Shown: one piece after another, positions 39,977 through 50,764 of the stretch
How the letters are laid out: every line of letters begins with the position of its first letter
Position numbering within the stretch: the stretch's first letter is position 1
DNA from: an uncultured Candidatus Rokubacteria bacterium
GTDB taxonomy: Bacteria; Methylomirabilota; Methylomirabilia; Rokubacteriales; CSP1-6
DNA: 64,000 nucleotides
NCBI GenBank assembly: GCA_963789955.1
Contig: CAWBMV010000034.1
Coordinates: forward strand, 320,001 to 384,000
Direction of reading: 5' to 3'
The notes under the pieces: generated by a model
Told to the model about the DNA's origin: nothing
Seen by the model: the letters and a program-made list of their open reading frames with translations, nothing else
The model's database searches: none
Position numbers and translations under genes: made by a program

Positions 39977-40485
39977 CGTGACGCTTTCACCGATATGCTT
40001 TCCGGCCTCAGGATTCGACGTGTTCCAGATTGCCTCCTTCTGCGAGGAGGTTGGCGCTTCGACGGCGCCCAGGGCGTCCTCGTGGTTGTCAAGGTGCAGG
40101 CTTAAGTACGCATCACTCTCGTGTCGCCGCGCTCCACTGGAAGAGCCTGGTTGCAAGCGACGAGCCAGCGCCGAGCGTCACGTCAAGCGCGATGAGCTAT
40201 AACCGGCTGATAATAGAGGGAGATTTTGGGACGCGAGCCCGACCCAAGTGCTCCAACGTGGCCATCGTCATCATGCTCAGACAGCATATGACTCCGCCGG
40301 GCCGACGCTTGCCGGACTGTCCCTGACGCACCCTGAGGATGCGCATTACCAGACCGCTACCGTGTGTGCGTGACGTCGAGGCGGCTGCCTCCTCGGACGA
40401 AGAGCACGAAGGCCCCACGGTCACTGGCGATAGCCGATCTCGACAGCGCGGGTACCAAGCGGCTGTCGCTCCCAGAGCTGTGTTC

Positions 40486-41461
40486 TTGAATAGCGTTCTC
40501 GCTCTGGGATTCGGCACTGCGCTCGTCTCGGTGGCGGTATTTCCGAGCGCGCTTTCGGCCCAGCCGCGGCGGTCCGTCATCATGGCCTCGGGCCCGGTCG
40601 ACGGGACGTACTATCCAATCGCCGGCGCGATCTCACGCATCACGTCGGACGCGAGCGAACTCAAATTCCTGGTCGCCGTCGACTCGTCGGCGGGTTCGAT
40701 CGCCAATGTCCGGCTGCTCAAGTCGGGCGAAGCCGATTTCGCGCTCCTCCAGAACGACGTCGCGTACTACGCCTTCAACGGCATCACGCTCGACGCGTTC
40801 GCCGGGAAGCCGGTGAAGAACATGGCCGGGGTCTTCAGCGTGTATCCCGAGATCGTTCACGTCATCGCCAGAAGATCGGCGGACGTGCGATCGATTCGCG
40901 ACCTCAAGGGCAAGCGGGTCGTGCTCGGCGCTCCGGGTAGCGGCGCGGAGCAGAACGCGCTCCAGGTTCTGAAGGTGCACGGCGTTCTCGAAACCGACAT
41001 CCGCACGATACAGTCGATCGGCCGGATGGCGGCCTTCGGCCAGCTGAAGGCGGGGACCGTCGATGCCGTGTTCGTGTCGACGGCGCTGGGATCACTGCTC
41101 ATCGCGGACGCGATGGCGTCCGGCAAGCTCACGCTCATCGGTATCGGTGACTCCGCCGGCGACGCGCTCCGCCGGTCGTATCCCTTCTACACGGTCGAGA
41201 AAATCCCTGCGAATACCTACCCGGGATTGGAGCATGACGTGACGTCGGCTGGGGTGACGGCGATTCTGGTCGTCCGCTCGAACGTGGCTGACGAGCTGGT
41301 CTATTCTCTGACGAAGGCCGTCTTCGACAACCTGCCTCAGTTTCAAAGCTCGCATCCCGCCGCCCGCCACCTCGCATTACACACCGCGCTCAGCGGGGAT
41401 GGCGCTGCCGCTCCACCCGGGCGCCGAGCGATACTTTCAGCAAAACGGTATCGCGCGGTAA
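40486..41461 (+). CDS. TAXI family TRAP solute-binding protein (start uncertain; apparent frameshift near 41398)
   Basis: SGPVDGTYYPIAG, SAGSIANV, FALLQND, YPE, DLKGKRV, PANTYPG, shifted end PLHPGAERYF. Confidence 0.88.
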
Positions 41462-41568
41462 GGGCGCTTGCCGGCGGCTGGCTCATTCCTGGCCATCCCG
41501 GCCGGAAATAGCCGATCAGGAGGGGCTCGCAAAGGACAATAATGTGATTTAAAACATAGACTTATCAT

Positions 41569-41584
41569 TGGTATAGCTCTTGCC
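41569..41584 (+). promoter_or_regulatory. Sigma54 -24/-12 promoter with upstream AT-rich IHF-like site
   Basis: TGGTAT-AGCTC-TTGC; minus strand AATCACATTATTG near 41537-41549 resembles the IHF consensus WATCARNNNNTTR. Confidence 0.6.
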
Positions 41585-41626
41585 TCGATGATAGGTGCGG
41601 AAAAGAGGTCCGCGAGACCTGAGCGC

Positions 41627-42274
41627 ATGGCGACTCTGACGACCGTGGAGCAGGCGTTCCAGCGTCCCGCCGTCGGCGAGCGAGCGCCCAGCTTCGCGCT
41701 GCCATCGGTCTGCGGCCCGATGGTCGATCTCGTGTCCTACCGTGAGCGCCGAAACGTGATCGTCTGGTTCTCACGCGGGTTCACGTGCCCTTTCTGCCGC
41801 ATCTACACGGACGGAATCCGCAGCAACTACGCGGAGCTCCAGACCGCTGAGACCGAGGTGATCCAGGTCGCGCCGAATCTCCTGGAGAGCGCGCGCCGCT
41901 ATTTCGGCTCGTCGCCGCTCCCGTTCCCGTTCGTGTGCGATCCCGACAAGCGGCTCTTCGCGGTCTACGGCCTCGGGGACCGAGGCGTGCTCGAGGCGAC
42001 TCGTACGGCCGTGGTGAGCTTCGCCCACGCGTTCACGCACGGTGACAGCGTCAACCAGACGCGCGGCGCGTTCTTCGACGTCATGAACCGGAACTTCGTG
42101 CGCCGACTCCACCATCACGCGATGACCGCGCACGAACAGGGCATGTTCCTGATCGACAAGCAGGGCGTGATCCGCAGCGTCATGGTTGTCGGCCCGGTCG
42201 ATCCGGTCCCGAGCGGTGCCGAGCTCGCGCAGCTGGCGCGAACCCGCTGCGGCGAGACCCCCGTGCGGGTATGA
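41627..42274 (+). CDS. AhpC/TSA peroxiredoxin-like protein (CxxC)
   Basis: VGERAPSFALPS, FSRGFTCPFCR, FPFVCDPDKRLFAVYGL, FLIDKQGVIR. Confidence 0.85.
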   Translation: MATLTTVEQAFQRPAVGERAPSFALPSVCGPMVDLVSYRERRNVIVWFSRGFTCPFCRIYTDGIRSNYAELQTAETEVIQVAPNLLESARRYFGSSPLPFPFVCDPDKRLFAVYGLGDRGVLEATRTAVVSFAHAFTHGDSVNQTRGAFFDVMNRNFVRRLHHHAMTAHEQGMFLIDKQGVIRSVMVVGPVDPVPSGAELAQLARTRCGETPVRV

Positions 42275-43806
42275 GTCAGGCCGAGCGCCTCAAGCGGCTC
42301 AGCGAGATCCTCATCGAGCTGTTCCGTTCGCCGATTCCCACCCATTTCTTTCAGACGCTCGGCGACCACGCGGGAAGTGCGGTGCCGCACGACTACCTCG
42401 CGGTGTGCCTCGCGGATCCCGAGAAGGGCAGCTATCTCGTGCACACGCTCGCCGGCCTCGACGCCGGCGCCGTGAGCCTGCGCGGCTTCTCGCTCTACGA
42501 GGGGCTGCCGGGACGCGCGATGACCACGGGACAGCCGCAGCGAATCGACGATCTGGCGCTCGTTCGCGACGGCGTTCACGATCTCGAGGGGGTCCTGATC
42601 TCGGCGGGCCTGTGCGCGACGTTGGTGGTTCCGATCCGTCGCGGACTCGACGTCCTCGGTGCCTTGCTGTTCGCGAGCCGACCGCCGGTCACCTACGGGG
42701 ACGATGACGCGCAGGTGGCGACCCTGCTCGCGGCGGGGCTTTCGGCCGCGCTCGAGACGTCACAGGCCTATCAGGCTCTCGCCGACGAGCGGATGACGAT
42801 GCTGGGGGTGCTCGGCAGTACCGCGGACGCCGTCATCGCGATGAACCTGGGCGGTCTCGTACTGTTGGCCAACGGAGCTGTTCGCCAGATGCTGGGTTTG
42901 ACGCTGGATGTCATCGAGGGTCGCCCACTGCTCGAGGTCGTCGACTACGGCCCGCTGCGTGAGCTGTTCGTGAAGGGTAAGCCCGGCATCTCGGAGCTGC
43001 CACTGCCCGACGGCCGCATCGCGCAGGCGAGCATGGTCCAGGTCGTCACGCCATTCGGTGAGCCGGTGGGACTGGCCGTCGTGCTCCGCGACATCTCGCT
43101 CTTGAAAAACCTCGAGCAGATGAAGAACGACTTCATCAACACCGTTTCGCACGACCTCAAGAGCCCGATCACGGTCATCGCGGGGCTCGCGGACCTGATG
43201 CGCATGGCCGGCCCGGCCGATCCGAACTTCGAGAAGCACTGCCACGACATCCGCGACACGGCCCAGCACATGGCCGATCTCGTGACCGACCTTCTCGACA
43301 TCGGCAAGATCGAGGCTGGGCTCGATGCGGCCCGCGAGCCGATGGACGTGGTGCCGGTCGCGGAGGAGGCGCTGCGGCTCGTCGGGCCCAACGCCGAGCG
43401 GAAGACGATCGATCTGCGCGCCGACCTTCCCGAGCACGCGATCGTCATCGCCGCGCCGATCCGAATCAGGCAGGCGCTGGTCAATCTCATCGACAACGGC
43501 ATCAAGTACACGTCGTCGGGCGGGCGGGTCACGGTCTCGGCCGCGTTCTCAGCCGGCGGCGACGGCGCGGAGACCGTGACGATCCGCGTGTCGGATACGG
43601 GCCTGGGGATTCCCGCCCGCGACCTGCCTCACGTGTTCGACAAGTTCTACCGAGTCAAGAGCAAGGCCACTCGCGATATCGCCGGAACGGGCCTCGGACT
43701 GGCGATCACCAAGACCATCGTGGAGTCGGTCGGAGGCAGGATTCGCGTCGAGAGCGTCGAAGGCGCCGGCACGACGTTCACCGTCGAGCTGCCGGTCGCG
43801 CGCTGA
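42271..43806 (+). CDS. Cytoplasmic GAF-PAS sensor histidine kinase
   Basis: GAF region (LVVPI...GAL), PAS region (DAVIA..ANGA), VSHDLKSPIT H-box, NLIDNGIKY, DTGLGI, GTGLGL. Confidence 0.93.
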   Translation: MSQAERLKRLSEILIELFRSPIPTHFFQTLGDHAGSAVPHDYLAVCLADPEKGSYLVHTLAGLDAGAVSLRGFSLYEGLPGRAMTTGQPQRIDDLALVRDGVHDLEGVLISAGLCATLVVPIRRGLDVLGALLFASRPPVTYGDDDAQVATLLAAGLSAALETSQAYQALADERMTMLGVLGSTADAVIAMNLGGLVLLANGAVRQMLGLTLDVIEGRPLLEVVDYGPLRELFVKGKPGISELPLPDGRIAQASMVQVVTPFGEPVGLAVVLRDISLLKNLEQMKNDFINTVSHDLKSPITVIAGLADLMRMAGPADPNFEKHCHDIRDTAQHMADLVTDLLDIGKIEAGLDAAREPMDVVPVAEEALRLVGPNAERKTIDLRADLPEHAIVIAAPIRIRQALVNLIDNGIKYTSSGGRVTVSAAFSAGGDGAETVTIRVSDTGLGIPARDLPHVFDKFYRVKSKATRDIAGTGLGLAITKTIVESVGGRIRVESVEGAGTTFTVELPVAR

Positions 43807-43822
43807 CGCGCGCCGCCGCGGC

Positions 43823-44995
43823 TCAGCTCAGGTAGGAGGCGACGAACGTGCCGCTCGGCCCCTTCGCATCGAAGCGCCCGAACGCGAACGGCGCCGGATC
43901 GACCGGCGGCGTGGCCCCGGTGATCAGCGCCGCCATCATCTCGCCGACCGCCGGCGATAGCTTGAAGCCGTGCCCGCTCATGCCGGCCGCGATCCAGAAG
44001 CCACGCAGCGGCGACTCGTCGAGAATCGGCATCCAGTCGGGCGTGATGTCGAAGGCGCCGGCCCAGCCACGACGGTAGCGCGCCTCCGCCAGGCGTGGAA
44101 TGGCGCGGCCCGTGCGCTCGAGAACCTCGGTCGCTTCATCGAGGCCGACGTCGGCACCGAGCAGCTCGGGCTCCATCGGATGCTGTGTCTCGTCGTCGGT
44201 GAGCGAGCCGGTGAGGGTAAGTCCGCCGGTCTCGGGCCGCGCGTAGCTCCCGCCCGCGAGGTCGAGATAGACGAGGTGCGGGCGTCCGAAGGAGGCGTCG
44301 CGCTCGACGACGAAGACTGGATGTCGACCGATCACGATCGGCAGCGCGATGCCGGCCAGGTGTGCGACGGCCGGCGACCAGAGTCCCGCCGCGTTGACGA
44401 CCACTGGAGCGTCGATGCGCTCGCCCGACGCGGTGTCGACGCCGGTGACGCGGCCGGCCGCGCTGCGAATCGCCACCACCTCGACACCTTGCTCGATGCG
44501 CACGCCGCTGCGGCGCGCCGCGTCCGCGTAGCCGTTCGTCACCGCGGTGGGATCGCCGTAGCCCGAGTCGGGCTCGTAGAGGATCGCGCCGAGATTCTCG
44601 GGATCGATCCGCGGCTCGACGCGGACGAGATCGCTCGGCTCCAGCACCTCGGCGCGAACGCCGACAGACCGCTGGAGCGCGACGGTCGCTTCGAGCTTCG
44701 GCCGCATCGCCGCCGACACGCCGATCAGCGCGCCGCACGCGACGTAGCCCGAGTCGCCGCCGACTGCTTCACGGAAGCGCTGGAACACGCCGAGCGAGCG
44801 CACCACCATCTGACTGGTCTCTCTCGTCGGATAGAGCTGGCGGACGATGCCGACCGATCGGCCCGTGCCGCCGGACGCCAGTGTCCGTCGCTCGAGCACG
44901 AGTACGTCGCGGACGCCGGCCGCGGCGAGATGAAAGGCGATCGACACGCCACTGACACCCCCGCCGATGATGACGACGGACGCTCGCCGGCTCAC
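43823..44995 (-). CDS. FAD-dependent oxidoreductase (DAO/sarcosine oxidase beta family)
   Basis: VVIIGGGVSG, GTGRSVG, VVNAAGLWS, DITPDWMPIL, GMSGHGFKLSPAVG. Confidence 0.88.
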   Translation of the reverse strand: MSRRASVVIIGGGVSGVSIAFHLAAAGVRDVLVLERRTLASGGTGRSVGIVRQLYPTRETSQMVVRSLGVFQRFREAVGGDSGYVACGALIGVSAAMRPKLEATVALQRSVGVRAEVLEPSDLVRVEPRIDPENLGAILYEPDSGYGDPTAVTNGYADAARRSGVRIEQGVEVVAIRSAAGRVTGVDTASGERIDAPVVVNAAGLWSPAVAHLAGIALPIVIGRHPVFVVERDASFGRPHLVYLDLAGGSYARPETGGLTLTGSLTDDETQHPMEPELLGADVGLDEATEVLERTGRAIPRLAEARYRRGWAGAFDITPDWMPILDESPLRGFWIAAGMSGHGFKLSPAVGEMMAALITGATPPVDPAPFAFGRFDAKGPSGTFVASYLS

Positions 44996-45492
44996 CGGGG
45001 TGCGGCAGCGCTGAGCTCGGCGGCCTGGACTGCGTCGAGCAGGCGTACCGGGTCGTCGCGACGTATCGGGCCCTCGACGAGCACCCGCGCGTAGACACGG
45101 CTCCAGCCGGGGTGTGTCTTCTGGGACACGCGAGCGATGTCGCCGCCCTTGAAGACGCCTCTGATGGTCTGACACGGAGTCGTGTAGCGCGTCACCTCGA
45201 GCAGGACGCGCTCTCCGAGGAGCACGCGGCGGCCCGGCCCGACGGCGGACCAATCGAGCCCTTTCACCGTCACGTTCTCGCCGATGCTGCCGGGACCGAT
45301 CGAATGGCCCTCGATCCGCAGCCACTCGATCACCTCGATCGAGTAGAGACAGACGGCGCGCTCCTGTCCCCCGTGGTGCCGGTGACGGTGCGCGTCGCCC
45401 ACGAGCCCCTCAGTCGTCACCCACGCCGAGGGGATCGCCGTTTTCGGAACTCCACCGGGCGAGATGCTGATCTGGACGATTCTGACGTCCAC
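44992..45492 (-). CDS. MOSC domain protein (YiiM-like)
   Basis: GGVPK, GLVGD...HGGQERAV, GENVT, PCQ, GPIRRDD. Confidence 0.9.
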   Translation of the reverse strand: MDVRIVQISISPGGVPKTAIPSAWVTTEGLVGDAHRHRHHGGQERAVCLYSIEVIEWLRIEGHSIGPGSIGENVTVKGLDWSAVGPGRRVLLGERVLLEVTRYTTPCQTIRGVFKGGDIARVSQKTHPGWSRVYARVLVEGPIRRDDPVRLLDAVQAAELSAAAPR

Positions 45493-45950
45493 TACCGAGC
45501 CTCGGCGCGGCGGATCATCCGCTGCACGCGCGCCTCGAGCACCTGTTCACCGCGCTGGTTCAGGACGCGATGGAGATACGTCACGATGCCGCGGTCGGCC
45601 TTCTTCGTCTCGCGCTTGTCGGTGACCTTGATCTCGACGGTCAGCGTGTCGCCCTCGAGCACCGGCGCCGTCAGGCGCATCTCACCGCCGAGGTAGGCCA
45701 TTCCCGTGCCGTGGATGAGCCCGGTCTGCATGATCAGCCCCTCGGAGAGCGCGAAGGTCAGGGCTCCGGGCGCCGCACGGCGCTTGAACACGGACTCGCG
45801 CGCGACGTACTCCATGTCCATGAACAGGGGCTCGGTGAACCCGCACAGGTTGACGAAGGTCACGATGTCGGTCTCGGATACCGTCCGGCTGAGCGTTCGG
45901 AACGTGGCGCCGACGTCGTGCTGCTCGAAGGTCAAGCCTTCACTTCTCAT
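45492..45950 (-). CDS. MaoC/hotdog-fold dehydratase
   Basis: SRTVSETDIVTF, PLFMD.EY, APG, APVLEGDTL, NQRGEQV. Confidence 0.9.
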   Translation of the reverse strand: MRSEGLTFEQHDVGATFRTLSRTVSETDIVTFVNLCGFTEPLFMDMEYVARESVFKRRAAPGALTFALSEGLIMQTGLIHGTGMAYLGGEMRLTAPVLEGDTLTVEIKVTDKRETKKADRGIVTYLHRVLNQRGEQVLEARVQRMIRRAEAR

Positions 45951-47616
45951 GGCCGGGTCCTTTCATTGGCGGCCGCCGCCCCGCGACGCTCGTAGACGGC
46001 GATCCAGCGATCCGTGACGGGCGTGTAGGCCGCGGCCGCTTCGCCCCAAAGATAGCGCGTCTGCCCGGGCGAGAGCATGTCGACGACGCCGACCCGCTCG
46101 AATCGCTTCTGATACTCGTCGAACCAGCGAAAGATCGTCTGGTCGGATTCCGGGCGCATGAGCCACGAGGTCCACACTCGCACGAAAATCACGAAGCGCG
46201 GCTCCCCGGTCTCGATCTCGCGGATCATCTCCCTCTGCATCGAGACCGCGTACGGCTGAGGCTCCATCAGCGCATAGGTGTACACGTATCCGGTCGCGCC
46301 TCGCCGCTGCGAATAGAAGTAGATCTCGGGCTCGGAGCCGACGATGGCGATGCGATCGTCGGCCGACGTTCGATCTTGGAGATACCGCCCGATCTCGATC
46401 GCCTCGGGAAATGGGTTCATGCCGTACAGAGCCCGGGCCACCTGCCGTGGCGTGGCCGTGAAGAGGATCGCACGCTCCAGATAGACGAGGTGGAGGAGCG
46501 GGACGACGGTGCAGGCGATCGCGACGGCGGCCCGCCTCACCGGATTGCCGCCGACGGCCAGATGCCGCGTGAGTGCGTCGACGGCGACGCCCGCGAGGAG
46601 CGCGACGGCGGGAAGCAGGAGGATGAAGTACTGATTGCGAAAATAGAGTCCCGCCGAGGTCGCGATCAGGCCGCAGAGCAGCAGCATGCCGATCGGAGCG
46701 AAGCGCGCGCGTGCGGGACGATCCCAGACACCCGCCGCGAAGCCGAGCGCTGAGAGGGCGGCCGCGAGGTAGCACGTCGGGAGGATCGAGCCGAGCGCAG
46801 CCCACAGATTGCTCGCGCCCCGAGCCACCGGCTCGCCGGTCCCGTAGTAGTACGCGTACGTGACGGTCCAGAACCAGAAGGAGCCGAAGGCGCCGGTGAA
46901 CAGCATGAACAGACAGAGCATCGCGTACGGCGCCAAGGTGCCGGCCACGAATACCGCGCGCGACCGTTGTCCTCCGACGACTGTCGCTCGGACACGGCGA
47001 GGATGGACAGGAGACCGAACAGGGCGAAGGCGCCGCCGCTCTGCTTCACCAGAAATGCCACGCCGAAGAGGGTGCCGGCGCCGAACGCCGTGATCAGTCT
47101 CTCGGGTCGACTCGATCGGGTGAGCACCAGCATGCCGAGGAGCACGGGCACGAGGACGAAATGCTCGGCGTAGGCCGACGGCGAGAACAGCCGAGGGCTC
47201 AGCGCGAGCGCTGCATACGTCGCGCTGCTCGCGACGCCGCCGAGCGTGCCGATCAGTCGGCGCGCCACCAGGAACATCAGCACGATCGAGATCGCGTTGG
47301 CGATCAGCAGTCCGACGTGGACCGCCGCCGGTGTCTGGCCGAGGGCGGCGAGTATGGTGGCGTACACGACGTAGATGCCGGGCAGCTTGAAGTTGTAGGC
47401 GCTCGCGTACGGGGCAACGCCCTGCAGCAGGAGCTGGCCGAAGTACGCGTACTCGCCCTCGTCGCGGTCGAGCGGCACGTCCAGCAGGCGAACACGGATC
47501 ATCGCGACCGTGGCTGACGATGAGGGCCACGACGATCCAGGCCCACCACGATTCGCGCCGGGACTCCGCGCCCTCGGCGCCTCCCGATCACGCCGGCGGC
47601 GGCGGTCCCTACTCAT
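45947..47616 (-). CDS. GT-C glycosyltransferase (GT39/83-like), frameshifted near 47530 and 46950
   Basis: RLLDVPLDRDEGEYAYFGQ...YNFKLPGIY, AYAEHF, LVKQ, NPFPEA, GSEPEIYFYS. Confidence 0.78.
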
Positions 47617-49209
47617 TGCGGGCGTGTCCGCTCGAAGACCATCAGCCAGACATCGGACCGCGGTGCGTAGCCGGCCGCCGCGTCACCCCATCGATACACG
47701 GTCTCCTGCTGAGCTGGGATGTCCACGACACCCACCCGTGTGAAGCCGCGCTGATAGGCCTCGAACCAGCCGAAGATCGTCCGATCGGAGCCCGGCCGCG
47801 CGATCCATGAGCGGGTCGCGCTGACGAAGACCAGGAATCGTGGCGCGGCGGCCTCGATCTCCCTGATCATCTCCTGCTGCATCGCCGACGCGTAGGGCTG
47901 CAGCTCCATCAGCGGATACGTGTAGATGTAGCCGGTCGCCGATCGGCGGGCCGAATAGAAGTAGATCTGCGGCTCCGATCCGACGACGGCGACTCGATCG
48001 CCGGCGGCGCTGTGCTCACGAATGTAGCGCGCGACCTCTACCGACTCCGGGAAGGGGTTCCGCCCGTAGATCGCTCGCGAGACCTGCCCCGGCCCGAGCT
48101 CGAAGAGGACGGCGCGCGACGCGTAGAGCGGCTGGGCGAGCGCGACGAGGCCCAGGGCACACGGCAGAGCCCAGCGGAGCGCGCGGGACGGCTGGGTGGC
48201 GAGCAGGCCGCCGAGCGCGACCAGTCCGATACCGGAGAGCACGAGCCAGGGCCGGAACGGCCAGCAAGAAGTAGTGGGGCCTGAACTGCAGACCCATCAT
48301 TGTTCCCAGCAGCGCGGACGCGGCGAACGCGACGACGAAGGTCCGCCGGTCGCGATTCGGGTCGCGGATGACCGAAGCCAGGCCGACGCCGGCGAGGGCG
48401 AGCACCACCGACGTGGACGGCGCCACCGCGCCGAGCGTGCGGACGAGGTTGCTCCAGCCCGTCGCCGGGTCGGCCTGGTAGTAGCGCGCGTACGTGAACA
48501 CCCAGAACCAAAAGGTTCGGAAAGTTCCGGCCGCCCAGAGCGCCAGACACGTGAGCGCCAGCGGCGCGGCAGCGCCGGCAAGAAAAACGGCGATGGCGCC
48601 GAGGCGTCCGACCCGAGGGTGTTCCGCGATGCCGTCGCCACGCGCCACGAGCAGATAGACGACGGCGCCGATGACGAAGAGTGCCGCGCTCTGGCGTATG
48701 AGCAAGCCGAGGCCGAACAGGATTCCGCAGGTGAGCAGGCTGATCGGTCGCCGCTCGCGACCGCCTCTCCACAGAACGACGGCACCCGCCACGACGGGCA
48801 GGAGCGCGAAATGTTCAGCGTAGGCGGCGATGCCGAGCATCTTAGGGTTCAACGACAGGGCCGCGAAGACGGCGGCGGCGGCGACGCCCACGGCCGACCC
48901 GCCGAGTCGGGCGCCGAGCAGATACGTGGCCACCGTGGTGGCCGAGGTCGTCAGGATGAGGCCGGTGCGGATCCCCGCGGGCGTTTGGCCGAAGACGGCC
49001 AGGATCAAGGCGTAGACGCCGTAGATTCCCGGCAGCTTGAGGTTGTAGGCCAGGGCGTACGGTGGGACACCCGCGAGCAGGAGCTGGCCGAAGTACGCGT
49101 ACTCGCCCTCGTCGCGGTCGAGCGGGACGTCGAGCAGCCGGAGCCTGATCGCGGCCGCCACGGTCACCACCGTCGCGACCGCGAGCCAGGCCGGAAGCCG
49201 CGACCTCAG
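47613..49209 (-). CDS. GT-C glycosyltransferase, tandem paralog, frameshifted near 48245 (start uncertain)
   Basis: RLLDVPLDRDEGEYAYFGQ...YNLKLPGIY, AYAEHF, NPFPES, GSEPQIYFYS. Confidence 0.78.
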
Positions 49210-50764
49210 GGCCGCGCCTTCTCGTACACGGTGATCTTCGGCCGGTCGCCCGGGTCACGAAATACGTGACGGTCCGGCTCGGGGATGTTTTCCCAGATCG
49301 TATCGACGACCGGCAGATCGATCCGGCGGTACGCGGACTGCGAGATCCCGGTCTTCAAATACTGGAGCGTGCGCTCGGCGTCTTGCTTCGCGGCCGGCGC
49401 TGCGGGCTGAAATCTGAAGAAGTACCGTACGATCACCCAGTCGGGCGGCGGCCAGCCCGCGAGGCTCTGGCAGCCTTGACCGCCGCGGATTTCCAGTCGC
49501 GTATAGAAGCGTAGCGGGAGGTCGCCGTAGGAGATGAAGAGCCGATCTCCAGGTCGCGCCGAGGCGTCGAGAAGGCGGATGATCCCATCGATCGGACCGG
49601 GAACGTGGTGCGTGATCTCGTCGACGTACCTGGCGAGCGTGATCGAGAATCGGCCATGAACCAGATCGGCCCGGTCGGGCAAGAGCGCCAGGAGCAGGAT
49701 CGCGGCGGCGAGCACACGACTTCGCGTGGCCAACGCGCGGATGGCCCAGGCCTGGAGAAGCGCGAAGACGGGCAAGAGCGTGATCGCGTACCGGAAGAAG
49801 ACGAACGGCACGGTGGCGACGACCAGAATGTGGCCCAGCGCGAACGCGACCAGCGCGAGGCACGCGCGGACGCGCGACCGATCCGCACATCGGGCCGCGC
49901 GCGTGTGACCACGGCGAGTGCGATGAGCGCGACGGCGAGGAGCACCGCCGGAAAGGCGTACAGCTCGATGCGCGCCCCGTAGCTTGCGAGATTCGAGACG
50001 AACGATCTCACGGATGCGAGGGCCAGGAGCCGGCCGCTGGTCTGTTCGACGCCGGACCCGAGAAGCCACGGAAGATTCACGATGATGGTGCCCGCGACGG
50101 CGGCGGCGAGCCATTCGAGCACCGCCGCCTGGAGCGCGAGGACCAGCGCGGCCAAGGCCAGGCCGGCGACGGCGCCGAAGAACAGAAGGTGACTCGCATG
50201 CAGGAGGACCGTGAGCGAGAGGGCCAGACCCGCGGCGGCGAGGCGGCGGCGTGTCGGCAGAAGGAAGAAGAAGTAGAGCACCCAGATCGCGGCCAGAATC
50301 GCCACGGCATAGTACCGGCACTGCCGCACGTGCAAGAGGAATGGCACCGACAGGAGCAGTGAGCCGGCGGCGAGCATCGCGGTCGGTCGATCCCCGGAAG
50401 CGCGCCGGGCCAGGAGATACATCGAAGGCACGGCGAGGAGGCCCAGGAGCGCGAAGGGCAGGCGAGCCGTGAAGGTCGAGGTATCGAGCAGCGCGAACGA
50501 GCCGGCCGCGACGTAGATCGGCAGCCACGGCGTCTGGCGCCAGAGATAGTTCGAGTCGTAGTCGGTGCCGCACTCCTGGGAGATGAGCGTGACGCCGTCC
50601 CACGCGAGGGGGACGCCGAAGCGCAAGGTGCTCTTCGCGAGCAGCGCGGTCTCCGCCTCGTCGTCCCAGAGGCGCCGGTCGTCGAGATTGGTGAAGATGA
50701 GCAGCGCGGCGAGGAGCAGGAGCCCCGCGGCCGCGCTATTCGCCCAGATACGCTCGGCGGACAT
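49206..50764 (-). CDS. GT-C glycosyltransferase (ArnT-like), frameshifted near 49880
   Basis: LWDDEAETALLA, TARLPFAL, RQCRYY, FFRY. Confidence 0.75.

Noticed and set aside
41627..42274. Selenoprotein form of the AhpC/TSA protein
   Set aside because: Both Cys of CPFC are TGC codons; no in-frame TGA
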